From Pavona decussata (taxonomy: Eukaryota), in contig CDRNST010000096.1 in NCBI GenBank assembly GCA_977016875.1, positions 1,612,001 to 1,676,000 on the forward strand: a DNA stretch of 64,000 nt. Direction: 5' to 3'. Of this stretch, positions 1 through 14,159 are shown piece by piece (the first letter of the stretch is position 1; each line of letters starts with the position of its first letter). Made by a program: the position numbers and the translations under genes. The notes under the pieces were generated by a model that saw only the letters and a list, made by a program, of their open reading frames with translations, was not told where the DNA came from and made no database searches.

Positions 1-197
1 TACATCTATTTTAAACTACGTTATATATTATTATTCCAAGAAAAGCAAAGAAACAAGGGGACAAAACAAGTAGATTAAAAATCACATACACTGCAGTGCT
101 CCAAGCTCAAGTTTTGTTGATGTTTACTCGTTCTTTGTTGCTTCGGTATGTCACTCTGCCATCCCTTTTTGTCTCGGGTTCTTAGGAAAGGATTAGT

Positions 198-479
198 TCC
201 ACTATATCAGTGAGATGTTTGGCCAGCAGCTGAATGGAGAACACCACCCTTTTTGGAAGTGCTCCTTAGTTGGTGCTTTTGCTTAGAGAATTTTTTGAAA
301 TTGCAACTGCGTTACCAAGGCCTTCTGCTTCTTCTTGTCCACTATATCAGTGAGATGTTTGGCCAGCAGCTGAATGGAGAACACCACCCTTTTTGGAAGT
401 GCTCCTTAGTTGGTGCTTTTGCTTAGAGAATTTTTTGAAATTGCAACTGCATTACCAAGGCCTTCTGCTTCTTCTTGTC
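198..479. repeat. 140-bp tandem duplication
   Basis: tccactatatcagtgagatg...cttcttgtc at 198-339 and again at 338-479; one mismatch (g311/a451). Confidence 0.95.
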
Positions 480-960
480 TGTAGCAATCTTTCTCAGGCC
501 TTCTTTAACTCCCTTTGCAGATTTCCAAGGACCTCCTAACTCTGCAACACCACTGACAAGATTAATTCTTCGTTCTCTCATTTTCCTTCCAGCCTCCTCT
601 TTTGCTCTCTGCGTTTCAATCGATTTCTCTTTTCGCTGCTGAAATATTTTCTTTTTCCTTTCTTTGTACCTTGCCATTATCGCACCATTGTTTTGCCTTG
701 CATCGGTCATTAATTTCTCTTTGTCTTCAGGAGAGATGGAATTCAGCCAGGAGGTGGTCTTCTTGTTTGTCCACATCAGAAGTGCTTCGTGGGAAATCAG
801 TCTTGCTGCTGGTTTTAAGTGCAACAGTAAATCGAACACCCCAAAATCTCTTTCAGACGTCATGTTGGTTGCTGGAACATTTTTCGCCTGTCCAATTAAG
901 TCTAAAGATGGAGAGGCTACTTTCCACCTGGAAGCTGATCTTGTGCTTGCTGTTCTAATA
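423..960 (-). pseudogene. C-terminal fragment of a probable DNA-transposase-like protein
   Basis: ORF has PATNMTSERDFG..LKPAA...EALLMWTN.KT.WL followed by a basic coiled coil, reminiscent of hAT-like C-termini; family uncertain. Confidence 0.35.
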
Positions 961-1450
961 AAATAAGCCACGAGTCAGTGTGTCAAGCTGCTCACTTTGC
1001 TCTGCAAAAAGGTTTTCATACATGTCATCTTTCCAATGTGTAATGAGGCTCCTAACTCTTCAGCTGCCTTTGTCATGTTTGAAGCATTGTCGGTGACATA
1101 ATTAAAATGTGATTAATCTAAATATACAAGCCTAATTAAAGTTTCTGTCAACCTATTAAAAGTTGATCTTATTTTTGAAAACAATTCAAATTGAGTTTTT
1201 TGTATCACCATTCTCATTGTCCTCAATAGGTGATGCCTTTGAGGCCACCTGGAACCAACTTCTGCACTACAACAAATCCTTAGATGTGGGTGAGAGTTGG
1301 GGCTAAAAGCCGAGGGTCACTTTCATTCAGTGACACACTTCTTCCAACTACGTCAATGTCCCCGATCCTCAACTGCAAGATTTTAGCCGTCAGGGCTGGG
1401 ATGTACTGATTACCCTTGTTTGTCGTTACTATCTTCACATCCCACTGTTA

Positions 1451-2211
1451 TGTCCTCTGGTTATACTCCCTTGAGACAATTTGGTCTCCTAATTTACTGT
1501 GTGCTTGGGGCTGGTTGACATGGAAATTCAGTCAATACCTTTTGTATTGATTATTTATTACATGAACTTTTGGAAAATGCAACAGGAAAAGGAGAAATAA
1601 TTATTAATTATTAATATTGTTACTGCTTGTTACAGATCTCTATAGTTTTTATAGCTTTCAAACTGTAATAATAAAATGTGAACAGATAACTAAAAGCATA
1701 CTTCAAAGGTGTCCTCTTTGGAGTGTACGCTAGAGTCAGGCTGTTAGCACCCTCAATGTGGCCCATGTGTCTATTGGGCCAACAAACAAAAAAACAGTCA
1801 GACACTGCAAGAAATTTATTCCAAATCAGAACACTAACTGGTACCCTTTAGCTATCCTGTTACAAAAGGAAAATAAAAATTATAGTAGTAGAGAGGTTGA
1901 TGATGATTGAGGTTTCAGTAATTGCTTGTGGTGCCACTGTGTTCCTGCAGTTCCTCAGAAATGAATAATGAATGATACCTGAATCTGACAACATTTGAAG
2001 CTATCAAGGAGCTCTGGGTTTAGCACAATGTTTTGCAGTTCAGCAAAGTCCTTGTCTCCTCGATCAAACCATGGCAGGTTGTCATCATTCTGCTGATCTT
2101 CCTGGTCACAACTTCCACCTAACCATTCGTGTGAGTCGCAAACATGATGAAGTAAGCCAATCGACTTATCCTGACAAGTTTAGAGAAAGGAAAATAATGC
2201 CATTTAAAATT
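1451..2211. repeat. Source copy of a ~760-bp local duplication (second copy 3145-3912)
   Basis: tgtcctctg.ttatactccctt...atgccatttaaaatt occurs near-identically at both positions. Confidence 0.95.
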
Positions 2212-2940
2212 CCAAAAGGGTTAGCTAGTCAGGAATTACATGAAGTGGAAGTCCTTACTGTCCCTTACTACATTTGGAGTACTTCACCAGAATCACTTTT
2301 GCAGATTTTGACAGTTACAGTACAGCCTTCAAGGGCATAACCCCTCACCCAACCCCAAATCCTGCCTGCAATGAGCTGAAGGCCTGGATCTGCATCTGCC
2401 AATTAGACTTAACAGAAAAAATTCTTTCCCAGAAGCACAAAAAAAATTGAACACTACACAAGACCTAGAAGAGGTACCTCTTTACCTAATTTTACCTTCA
2501 TAATTGTCAATGCTTCCTCATCAGATGTTGCCTCTGTAGTGTGTGTACTGTGGCGTACTATGTGATTATACCAAGCTTTAATTTTGGCCATAGGTCTAGC
2601 TTATCCCACCTAAAACAAACATAACAATTTGAAAAGAATACATGTTGGTGAAAGGAGCACTAATTTAAAATTGTAAAGTATACAATGTTTGCCTACAACT
2701 GCACTATTTCCATAGAGACCACAGTTCACAAAACCTGAAAAGGTGCAATACTACCGATGTTTTACCTACAGGAACATTACATGTTTGAAACTGTTACATT
2801 ACTGTACAACACATTCCTGACAGTATGCTCCTTCTGCACAAAACAAAATTTGACAAAGCTAACCTTTGCTAAACATTTTCTTATACTCTTTGATTTGTGC
2901 CAGACATCTAGGCTATGAACAACATCACTGCACTCGTTTG

Positions 2941-4480
2941 CTAAATCTAAATCTAAATGTCGTTATGTCGGCAAAGTCGTGGGACATCATGCCAACTCTA
3001 AAATAATAATAAATAAAAATATACAAAATAACAATAAAAGTTAATCTACCAATAAGAATTAAATGAAATTAGTTTACTTTTAAAAATGCAGAGAGATTGG
3101 CTGGAAACAGTTTCTTCTGGAAGTTTGTTCCATTCATTCTGTTGTGTCCTCTGTTTATACTCCCTTGGGACAATTTGGTCTCCTAATTAACTGTTGCTTG
3201 GGGCTGGTTGACATGGAAATTCCAATCAATACCTATTGCATTGATTATTTATTTCATGAACTTTTTCAAAAGGCAACAAGAAAAGGAGAAATAATTGTTA
3301 ATTATTAACATTGTTACTGCTTGTTACAGATCTCTATAGTTTTTATAGCTTTCAAACTGTAATAATAAAATGTGAACAGATGACTAATAGCATACTTTGA
3401 AGGTGTCCTCTTTGGAGTGTACACTAGAGTCAGGCTGTTAGGACACTCAATGTGGCCCATGTGTCTATTGGGAAAACAAACAAAGAAAAACAGTCGGACA
3501 CTGTTGCGAGAAATTTATTCCAAATCAGAACACAAACTGTTATCCTTTAGCTATCCTGTTACAAAAGGAAAATAAAAATTGAAGTAGTAGAGAGGTTGAT
3601 GATGATTAAGATTTCAGTAATTGTTTGTGGTGCCACTGTGTTCCTGCAGTTCCTCAGAAATGAATAATGAATGATACCTGAATCTGACATAACATTTGAA
3701 GCTATCAAGGAGCTCTGGGTTTAGCACAATGTTTTGCGGTTCAGCAAAGTCCTTGTCTCCTCGATCAAACCATGGCAGGTTGTCATCATTCTGCTGATCT
3801 TCCTGGTCATAACTTCCACCTAACCATTCGTGTGAGTCGCAAACATGATGAAGTAAGCCAATCGACTTATCCTGACAAGTTTGGAAAAAGGAAAACAATG
3901 CCATTTAAAATTGATAAAAGTTAATCTACCAATAAGAATTAAATTAAATTAGTTTACTTATAAAAATACAGAGAGATTGGCTGGAAACAGTTTCTTCTGG
4001 AAGTTTGTTCCATTCAGTAATCGTCCTGGGAAAGAAAGAAAATCTAAAAATATCTTTGTCCTTTCGGTAGAACAAATTTAAAATCATGGCTTCCCCGAGT
4101 CCTCCTTTCTCTGCTTGGTATCAAATAATCCCCCCAGTCCCCATCTAGGAGGCCGCGGCACATCTTGTATATGGTGGAGAGCCTTGCATGTCTTCTCATT
4201 GTTTCAAGTGTGTCCCACTGTAGGGACAAGCTCGGTCAAGCTCGTTGTTCGATCGTAATTTCCAGTGACAAAGCGGGCTGTTTTCCGCTGTACCCTTTCT
4301 AGAGCAACTTTATCTTTCTGGTAGTGTGAGTCCCATGCACTACAGGCATACTGGAGTTTTGGTCTCACAAGAGTCTTGTGCGCAGTTTCTTTCACTGACT
4401 TTGGACAGTTCCACAGGTTACGCTTGATAAGTCCCAAGACTTTATTTGCCTTAGATGTGATTGGTTCAATATGTGGCAGA
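2941..4480 (-). mobile_element. 5'-truncated CR1/L2-group LINE (RT C-terminus, 3'UTR, (ATTTAG)n tail) interrupted by the 3145-3912 duplication
   Basis: KANKVLGLIKRNL..LVRPKLQYACSAWD..LERVQRKTARFV..RRTRGSHDFKF..SFFPRTITEWNKLP; tail ctaaatctaaatctaaa at 2941. Confidence 0.85.
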
Positions 4481-7400
4481 AATAACAAATCAAATGTGAC
4501 ATACATCAAAAGGCAAGGAGAAAGTAAGCATAGCTCAACACAAAGCAATATCATAAAAAACACAAGGATAAATTATTTATTATGACTTGGATGTGACTTC
4601 AAAAATCACATAATTCTCACCAACTAGTTTCTTGATGGAAGCCAATACATCAGTGACGATGTCCACGACATTCAGGACATTTTTCAGCTGATGTTATGCA
4701 TTTTTTCAAAGCCTGTCATTCCATGTTGGTGGAAGCCAAACCAGCGCGGCGTTTGTCTCGCACCTCAAGGTCCAGGACATAACCTGATGTGCATTCCATT
4801 AGGAAATAGCAATTTTTTTTCCACTAAATCCGGCCGAGTTGCACTGACCCTTACCACCAACAACATCTTTTCCAGAGAACTCTTCAACAAGATTGCCCCT
4901 CATCCACTGCCACCAAGCAAGGCAAGGCTCATAAATTGAGCCATTCCATTAATTTTTCCAAAGTTGTTGCCCAAAAAAAGAACTGCTGCTTAGCTCAGCA
5001 GATTGTTGACATAAATACCATTGACTTCATGAGAAGAGCAAAACCTAAAGTTATGGCCAGCTTCACAGGTTGTTGTTTACAACAAGAATTGCACACACAA
5101 AGTGATGCTTTAGCCTTGGAGTATACAGGCAACCAGGTGTCTGACAACATTTAGAAAACAGCTCAAGGAACAGGTCCAAAGAAAAGATAATTTTTTCACT
5201 TTTACAAAGTGCAGCTCTTTTCTTAGCCCAAAGCCCTCTTCACCTCTACTCAGCTTGAGGTGTGGTCCATGAATGGGATTGTCTTCCAGTGGTAAGCCAA
5301 CTTCAGTGTTGGTATTGACCTCCTTTGGTTCAAGGTCTTGTTCTGGACCATCTTCAAATTCTTCATCTAATGAAGTGATGTTATCAGCTCCAATGACTAA
5401 TGACAAATGAGTTCAATTAAAATCAGATATTCTTAGCTTTGGAAAATAATTAAAGAAGATTTGCATCATGACACTATGTATTAAATAAATTTTTGACAAA
5501 TACACATTACTTATGTTTTAACCTAGCACATCTGTTGTGGTACAATAAATAAATTAAACTGATTTAAAAAATTTCAAAACAAAAACAGCATCATTTTGTT
5601 TTTGTTTAGAAATTTTTAAACCAGTTTAATTTTTTATTTCTTTTTGTCTCAGATCATGGTAATGAGTACGGCAATGTGTACTGTAATATGTACACAAAAA
5701 TACAAAGTAAGGTGGCAAAGTTCAAAAGAAGCATGGTTAAAAAAATCAGTACGCTTGACAGAAAACATAATTCATCTTACTCTGTTTCCTGCGACTCCAT
5801 GTCACTATCATCAGCTCCAATGAATTGTCTGTGAATTGTCAAATCAATACAAGTATTAAAAACCTTACAATTCTTGGTACTATTTCAGGGAGTTTGCATC
5901 TGGCAACAATATGCAATACATGTATTTTGAATATACAGCTTTTACACGCATAACTCTAACAATATTTCAACTAATATTACCATTTCTGGGTACATGCATG
6001 AGATGAAAGGTACATTGTAGCCACATTAAAGTGAAGCTTCAAGCTAGCCATTATAATCTCATCTACAATAAAAGTAATAATAACTACCAAGACATGTTCC
6101 CATTTGTAGCTGGTTTGCCTGATTTGATCCATATCTTGGCTCTCAGCTTTTCTGAATCGATATCGAGGCTTGGTGACATGAACAGTTGTGACAGTAATGC
6201 AGGAGTTAGACAAGGCCTCTCACCTGACAAGGATGACTGAGCAGCGATCAAAGGACCTTGCACAATAGTACCAGCTAGATCACCTGCAGCAACAGCATTA
6301 GGCACATTTGAGGGGACCATTGAAGCAGAAGCTGCAGTGGTAGAGGCTAAGACCCGGAGAAGGCCTGTGGCTCAGGACCGGAAGAAAGTGTGTCACTGGT
6401 AGCTTGCAACATAGGAGAAGTACTGTCATTTGTCTGAAGAGGAGAAAGGCATCTGGTCATCTTCAGCATGACACAGGAGACTAAACTGTCCATGATATCT
6501 GTGGATAAGGTAGGAGGTTGCTGAACTGGTAGCTGGCCAACCGCAGAGCTAGCTGAAGATATATTTGCTCATTTACCACAGATATTAAGCCAAGCAAAAC
6601 TCTGAAATCTGAATATACAGTGACCCAATTTATAATGATTAAGCATGTTTTGATTCAATTTTATCATTGGTCCAATTTGTTGTTTTCCTTTATTCTGTAC
6701 TCTTTACCATACATTAGCCATAGACAAAAACAAAGGATAATATATATGGAACCAAGTCTAATACATTTATTATTAGAAAAAGACCTTACCCTTATTTCTG
6801 TGATTCAACATCACTATCAAGGGTTCTTTCTTTATTGAGATCATCAATGGCAGACCTGAAGAGTTCCTGATAACTATGAGAATAAAGAACCTGCAGTCAA
6901 TTTGACCTTCAGTGACCCTTTCCAAGTTTTCGTTTACTGGAGTGAGAAAAGGAAGTCTGACATCTTCTGTTGAGGAGAAGGGAGTTCTTCCCCCTTTATG
7001 ACTATTACAAAATATATTATTACAGAAAGTAAGTTATAAATTATACATTTTCTCTTTTAAGTGAGATGCTATACAGTGTATGTTACCATCTGTCCTACGG
7101 AACCATTAATAGATAAAAGTTGATCACGGTATCTCAGTAAGCATAATTACAAAAAAAAGCATAAATGCAGAACTTTGCCGACCTCAGAGGCTCACAAGTA
7201 CACTGCATGATCTGGACATATCTAGACGTGTGCTTGTCCATATTCAGAAGGATCCACAGCACATAAAATAAACATAAATTTAGCTGACATCGTCTGAACT
7301 GATCTCTTCAACATCACCAGAAGAGCCCTCATTGCAGAAAACATGGAACTGTTTACTTCCCTTGAGTTGTCACATATATTTACTTAAGCAAAAAAAAGAG

Positions 7401-7539
7401 GGAATAGGTTACCATACATGTAAATTAAATGAATAAGCACCAAGCACCCTATTTAAGTGAGCACCCCTCTACACATCAAAAGGTTACACCAGTACCCCTT
7501 CATATTGAGTGTCCCCTTTCCAAAATGTCATTCAAGGAC

Positions 7540-8560
7540 GTTTGAGAGGCGTTAATTTGCTCATATTCAGCTGGTTATATCAGTGATATGGCATTCCTTT
7601 TCCTTTACAAAGAGTATGAGTCGGTGAATTTGTGTTTTCCTTACTGGGAGTACGACTCATTTCGACCAGATGCGCTGGATAACAGCAAATATAAAGCTGA
7701 ATTTATGGTGGAAAAAGAAGACATTCTTGTCTCCTCGTTGTCTTAGTCATGAAGGTTCTTGGTTTGTAGTTTATAATATGTGGCACAGCCTTGGGCGTTA
7801 AGGTGTGCATCAATTCATCGGAATCACAGGACCCATCTGGTGAACTGGCAGTTTTTGCATAGGCTTTCTTACCCTTGTCATTATCATGATATAATCCATT
7901 GTTTCAGTAGACCTGTACCCAAGCTTTGTTTGTGCTTGACTGGATGTATGATAATCATGGCAACCGCTTGACGTTTTGGACCAACCAGCCCTTTCTATCG
8001 CCAGCTAACCTAGAGCGTTACGCTCGGGCCATAACAAAGAAGGGCAGTCCTCTAACCAAGTGTTTTGGGTTTATTGATGGAATGGTACGCCAAATTTCTA
8101 GGCCAGGTGAAAACCAGTGCATACTTTGTAATGGGCGTAAACGAGTGCATGCATTGAAATTTGAATCCGTAGCAATTCTTAATGTAATTATAGCAAACTT
8201 GCATGGCCCTGTTGAGGGTTGTCGTCACGATGCTGGCATGCTAAAAGACTCTGGTCTTTTACACATACTGCAAAGAGAAGCATACACACCCAGGGGATCC
8301 TCTATGCTTATATGGAGATCACCCTTACCCTCTACATCCCCAGTTGATGTCTCCATTTCGGAGGCTGATGTACCAATACTTACACCAGAAATGAGGGCAT
8401 TCAACACTGCTATGAGTGAAGTTAGAGTGTCCGTAGAATGGCTGTTTGGTAATATTGTAGAGTATTTTAAGTTTATCGATTACAAAAAAAACCTTTAACT
8501 GGGTATGAGTGCAGTAGCTAAACAATACATTGTGAGTGCACTTTTTGGAATATTTGGCAT
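7540..8560 (+). pseudogene. PIF/Harbinger (HARBI1-like) DDE transposase pseudogene
   Basis: RLSYPCHYHD..FSRPVPKLC; CFGFIDG.VRQISRP..NGRKRVHALKFESV..GPVEGCRHDAGML..AMSEVRVSVEWLFG. Confidence 0.88.
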
Positions 8561-8739
8561 GATAAGTCATACTAATTCAATACAGTAGAAGATCGCCCTA
8601 TAAACTCTTTGATTCTTTTAAAACCATTATTTAAATGTGACATTTAAACATTCACCATGCATGTTTGCACTTAAACAAAGTGTGACTACTAGTAAGCATT
8701 TAAAAACTGTAAATGTCACTAAAACACTCAACTAATCAG

Positions 8740-8970
8740 GTTTGGTTATTTTAAAATAATGGCAAAGTCTGCATTTGTTGCTGTTGCATGTTCATCTGCT
8801 TTTCAAGTAGCTCTTGCCGTTTTATGTCAATGGAAGGCATCTCCCTGCAGTACTTTAATTCCTCTTGTTTCGTCTTTCACCCTGCTCTTGCACGAACTTC
8901 AGAGCATCACTTCACACCTTTTTCTGCTTTTCTTTGGTACAAAAGTTTTTTCATCAGTCAAATTGTCATC
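8740..8970 (-). pseudogene. C-terminal remnant of the convergent Harbinger accessory ORF
   Basis: Tail-to-tail with the transposase; Gln-rich coiled-coil end (RQELLEKQMNMQQQQMQ). Confidence 0.4.
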
Positions 8971-9729
8971 TGATTAAAGAAATAACTCGTCTCTAAAGAA
9001 AAAGCAAGACAAACATTTGAAAGCATTTTTAATTGGATTTGAAATCCCCTCCTCACAAAATTACAGTAACCTCCCTCTCCAACCCTTCCACCTACAATCA
9101 CACACAAGGATTTCACTTCTGGAAAAAGCTAAAATCCCTGGTCTAAAAAACATGTTTGAACTGCTGTTGCAAATTCAAGTTCCAGCTCTCCCCCCCCCCC
9201 CCCCCCCACCCCATACGCACAAATACAGACACAAAGTTGAATAGGAGCTGGTCTATCTTGCAAGTTCGTGGCCGATGCCATCTTGGCTGAGCAAGAGAAA
9301 GAGTTACCCGCTGACCACCCATACCTTTTTTTCTGTTCGTGTTAGTACGTCATGTAACGGAAACAGACAATCTACACACACAAGCAACACAACGCACAAA
9401 CAGTCGAAACAGACAGAAAACAATCAAAATTGTAAAACCTTAGACTTGTAGTATGATCTCCATGTACATTTGTGTAACACTGGGCAATTTTGTCAAATCT
9501 TGAAAAGACCATTCAAACTGCTTTATTAACTTAGATTTCAGCTATTTATCATCAATAAATCATTTATTGTTCAATTTCTGTTGTTAGTTGGGCATTTATA
9601 AGCAATCAGAAATTACCCATAATTCCTAGTGGGCGTGGCATTTATCAGGAATAATTAATGGCATGCAAAATACAGCGAAAAAATGTTCAGTGTACAGCCT
9701 GAAGTATAATTTTTTTTACAAAGAAGCTA

Positions 9730-11480
9730 TTATTCGTTTACTTCCAAAGGAACCTGAAAGATCCCTATGTGTTTGTGTTTCAGTTCCCCACAAACATGAC
9801 AGACAGTGCCAACAAGCACAAATGCTGATTTGCTTTTATCTAGTTTGTAGGTCATGTCAGTCAAGTTGTCTCTAACAAAAAAATTTCCCTTTAACACAAC
9901 AGAGCCTCTTTCAAATGAACAGCCATAATCATCTGTGACAGCACTCTCCAGTTCAATCACACCATCAATGGTTACTTTCAAGAGGTAACACTCATAGTCT
10001 GGGTCGTCAGCAGCAGCAATAGCAACCACCCTTCCTTTGGTGGCCAGGTCAGCAATCCACATGACAGTATCAAGGAGACCAGCTTGTGTTGTCTCAACTG
10101 TCTGGCGAGCGGTCGCATCAGATGACTCTCTTTCAAGTTGTACTTCTCTCCATTCATCAACCCACTCTTTGTTGGTGCACTTGCCCTCCTCCCCATTAAT
10201 ACAGTCAATGCAATAACATGTTCGGTTGCGAACAAAGACCTTTCCTTGTTCAGCTGTTTTTTTCACACAGTGTAGTTTCCTGATTCCTTTGAGTTCTTTG
10301 AATGTTGTCCCTGGCCTGTTCCTCACAATAGCTTCAGCACCTTCTGTTGGCACATAGAAAAATACCTACAGCCTTCTGTCTTGAGGCAAAAGTTGTCGCT
10401 GTTGGAGAGGTGAATGTACTGTTCAGGAATTCAGTCATATCTTTGCAACTCCTGATGAAAGCTGTTTTCCCGAGTAGAGCTTGGCTGACCTTTTGTTTCA
10501 TATTTGCCCTAGCAGCGTCCTGTTCTCCTTTAGCATGAGAAGTTTCAAAGAAACTTCTCTGCACAAGAAATCCAAAATGAGCTAAGGAACAAGAAATAAT
10601 ACAGTTACGTGACTTGTATTGGGCTGCACAGCCATCTGTGAACTCCTGCATTTTGTGGATGTCCATTTTTACTGTCTTTAAGGTAACCCTTTACAAGCTC
10701 TTGGGCCTTGTGAACTGCATGATAGTCCTGAACATCATATTCTGAGATGACGGACAGGTGTTCTTTCACAATGTGAGGGTCCTCCTCTGTGCTTGCCCTA
10801 CCATCCATGGACTCATGACAGTAAAGAATAGTTCTGTGAAGAGACACCTTTGCAACATCAAAGTACTCTAATTGTAGTTCGTCTTGCTGTCTACAGCTGT
10901 AGCCTTCTGAGTAATCATGCACACAGAGAACATCATTGATGGGAAGGTGTTCATTTAAGTTGTCCATTTGATCTCACTGCCATTTGGCCATAAATGAATG
11001 GTATGGATAATCTTTAAGAAGATCCAGGAAGTAATTGAAGAGATGATGTGGTGGCGTCTGCTTCGTAATCAATGCTATCTTCTTTTTTTCTTGGCCATTT
11101 GACAGGAATTTTGCAGTTTTAACATAAAAAACATAATGCCTCCAGATGACTACTTTGTCTGTTTCATCGGACAATTCCTCAGGTAGCATCTGAAACTTCT
11201 GGACTCCGCATAGATTACAATCTCTGTTTAGGCACTTAATCTTGTGGTATTCACTTTCTTCTGGCTTCTGACACAGAGTAAGATTTACTGCTTCTGTTAG
11301 TGTAGTTGGTATTTAAACAGAATCAGGGTTACCATTCTTCTTTACTGCTGCTTTGCGGAATTTCAGGCAGTCTTTAAAAACAAGTTGAATTTCCATGTGC
11401 TTTCGGCAAAGGCATGACCTTCAATCCCACTCCTTGGCTGCACGGACCAAAAAAAAGGCTTTAGAGCTTCAAATTTCCTT
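9730..11480 (-). pseudogene. Sola2-like transposase pseudogene
   Basis: SCLCRKH zinc motif; VHDYSEGYSCRQQDELQ; FTDGCAAQYKS; FFETSHAKGEQDAA; KGIRKLHC..CYCIDC, split over several frameshifted ORFs. Confidence 0.7.
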
Positions 11481-14159
11481 TGCTTTAATCAGCATAATTG
11501 CCATTAGCAAAGCTAATCCGGCAATGAAGCAGTCAGCGGACGCACAATAGATTAAATTATACATGCAAAACATATAAAGAACTGGGATACATTATTGATT
11601 CATGAGGTAATTCATAAGCTTGGTAGTGTGTTGCATACTCCACTGATACATTTCGAGTAAGATAAATTCCAAGTCCCATGTATGTTTATAGTAACCTGCT
11701 ATAGATAAAGGCCAGACCAAAATGAGAGCGAGACTCACTGAAACTATCATAAGGCCTCTGTGATTTGACTTGTCATGTGATGAACTCTCGGCAACTACTG
11801 ATCTGATTTTACCAAGCTGACGACAGATGCCTAGCAGTGAAGAAAATTCTTGGTCAATAACCATCTTCTCAGTATTGTTTGGCCTGGCCTAATAACACCC
11901 ACTTCTTGACACATCATTGAAAACTTAACTAACCTCTCGTTAAATTCTTGCTCGTTGTCGCTATCACCAGGAACTGAGCTTTTACTCCTATCACCATCAC
12001 CATCAACAAATAGATTAGTTTCGTTCCCTATTCTGGTTCTTGAAAAGGGATCATCCATTGCCACATTGAACCCATCAACTTCCAGCAGACTCCCCGCTGC
12101 AACATCCACACCAGTTATGTCTACATCACTGAAAAAAGGCACACAGAGTAAACAAAAATATAAAGAAACCATATGTGGTGGTGTTGACAACAGCATAAGT
12201 GACTAATTTTAATTTCTGAAGTAAAAAAAATCTGGTCTTTTTTACAAAATTCAAAATACAGGGCTGGGGAAATTGCATATCAATGACAATCACTGACTGA
12301 AACAATATGTGATAAGCCTTTCTCATCCCTTGCAACAAGCAAAGTGTCTCATCAAAACGATATCCTTATTTCTCACCTGGTGGATGCATCAGGGAAGGGT
12401 GATGCTAGGTCCTCTGTTCTTTTCTTCTTTGCTGGTGTAGAGCAAAATCCTGGTGGAGCTGAAAAAGATAACCAAAATTGAATGTTCAGAAAAAGTTTAA
12501 ATTTTGACTAGTGCAAGATCAATTAAATGTGTTCAATTAGGTGCCGAGCAAAAGGAATTTAGGTCTTCACTTGTGCAAGCAAATCTGCCTCATGAAAATT
12601 ATAAAGGTAGCAGTCACATGTTTTCTCACCTGAAAAACTGATATCACCGAGTGAACTTCCTTCTTTTCTTCTTCTTTCTTCTTCTGGTTTGTTAACAATA
12701 CACGAGCTACAGAAACAAAAAGAGAACCGTAAGAAGAGTCTCTAAAGTAAATTACATGTACGAATCCTGGGTAGGGTTCAAAAATAAAAGCTCATAACAA
12801 ACGAGATTCAAACAAAGAAAATTGTAAGTGTAACTTACTGTAGTAAAACTTCTGCATATTCACTATCCGTAAGTTTGGAATATCCAAACGAATCCTTCTG
12901 GCTCCTCCAGTGGTCGCGAACTGATTTCCGTAGATAAATGACCTTCACAGGCTCAGGTCTCCGAGGCCTTCCTCCACGATTTGTCGAGGCCGCCATATTC
13001 TCGCATTCACATCGTTCAACCGCTCAATCGCTCAGCCGGTCAAAAACGCTTACAATCACGATCAACAACAAAATATCTTCGTTTTAGTAGACAACTCTCT
13101 GTACGGAACGCTAAGTATTTAAAAATCCGAAGGATGGCTCTGATTCAGAACGATTTTTTGCGACTGAATGAAAGACGACGAGAAAAATGGAGGTTTTGTA
13201 TCATACGAAACCTCGACCAACGCGCGCGTTGCATCTTGGTCGACAGAGAGTCTTTAAACTCAGCGTACAAGAAGCTGGATTTCCGATTATTTGTCTGCAG
13301 CGCTTGCAATTAATTGCCCGCGAGATGTCGATCGAGACCACTTCAAACGGTATTTAAGCTTAATGCTGGATGCTTGTGAGGGAGCCTGATGAACTTAATA
13401 AAATTGTCATGGAAGGTAAGCCCACATATATATATATTTTATAACCTGAGCAGATAATTCAGCCTTTTGGATAAGCTTAAGCTAAAATATCGTTCTGCAA
13501 CAAACATGTTTTCGCATTTGAATTTTTATTGCAGAAAATGAATATAGTATTTCATGTTGGGTACAATAAAATACAAGTATAGCTTGAAATAAGCATTTTC
13601 CCGTCAAAGGGTCGATTTCAGGTGCAAAAAAAACACAAAATAACAGCTTTTTCTTGGTGTAATTAAATTAAACGCATTTAATCATCAAGTGCAATTTTTC
13701 CCAGCAAAATTCATCCCAAATTGTCCTTTGTTGATTATCACTTCTATCTATTCATACCAGAGTAGAAGCACTTTCAAAAGCTATCTACTGATACGTTTTT
13801 AGAAATATCTTTGTTCCAAACAAATGATTTATAGACACTTTCTTAAATGTATTTGATATTTACATATATGCAGAAATAGACAGTTTCACAAACCTTGATT
13901 CTTGCATGCTAAGTAGCCCGTCAAATTCTAATGTCGATTTTGCAAATTGTGCGCACAAATGTTTGAATACATGATATATGGATATAATTATTATATTCTT
14001 CCAATATTATTGGTTAATCCAAAGCTTAATATTTAATATTTTAAATTACAGGTAGCATGTGAAAGAGTTTTGTAAAGCTCTATCTAATAATGTCCTAAAC
14101 ATTTAGTTGTATTTACAAGAGGTGAACTGTAATTTTCCATGACTCAAGGAGCTTTAAGG

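Larger units (their letters stand above)
1240..5400 (-). pseudogene. Spliced Kolobok-type DDE transposase pseudogene
   Basis: Minus-strand exon remnants: CSSHEVNGIYVNN..LGNNFGKI (~4950-5070); GKGQCNSAGFSG..CYFLMECTSGYVLDLEVRDKR..STNME..VVDIVTD (~4620-4870, degenerate GDGxxDSPG / TD motifs); KIKAWYNHIVRH (~2500-2610); LLHHVCDSHEWLGGSC..WFDR (~1980-2180); HMGHIEGANSLTLAYTPKR (~1700-1770); YIPALTAKIL..DPRLLAPTL (~1280-1420). Stops and frameshifts present. Confidence 0.7.

Noticed and set aside
5977-7360. Independent host gene exons
   Set aside because: Low-complexity Ser/Pro-rich pieces with stops; possibly Kolobok 5' exons but not assignable
7926-8498. Host gene HARBI1
   Set aside because: Frameshifted, degenerate motifs and flanked by TE debris; a transposon remnant, so no symbol given
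11831-13010. Intact spliced gene upstream of the Sola2-like remnant
   Set aside because: Splice-like sites are present but frames contain stops and no recognisable domain
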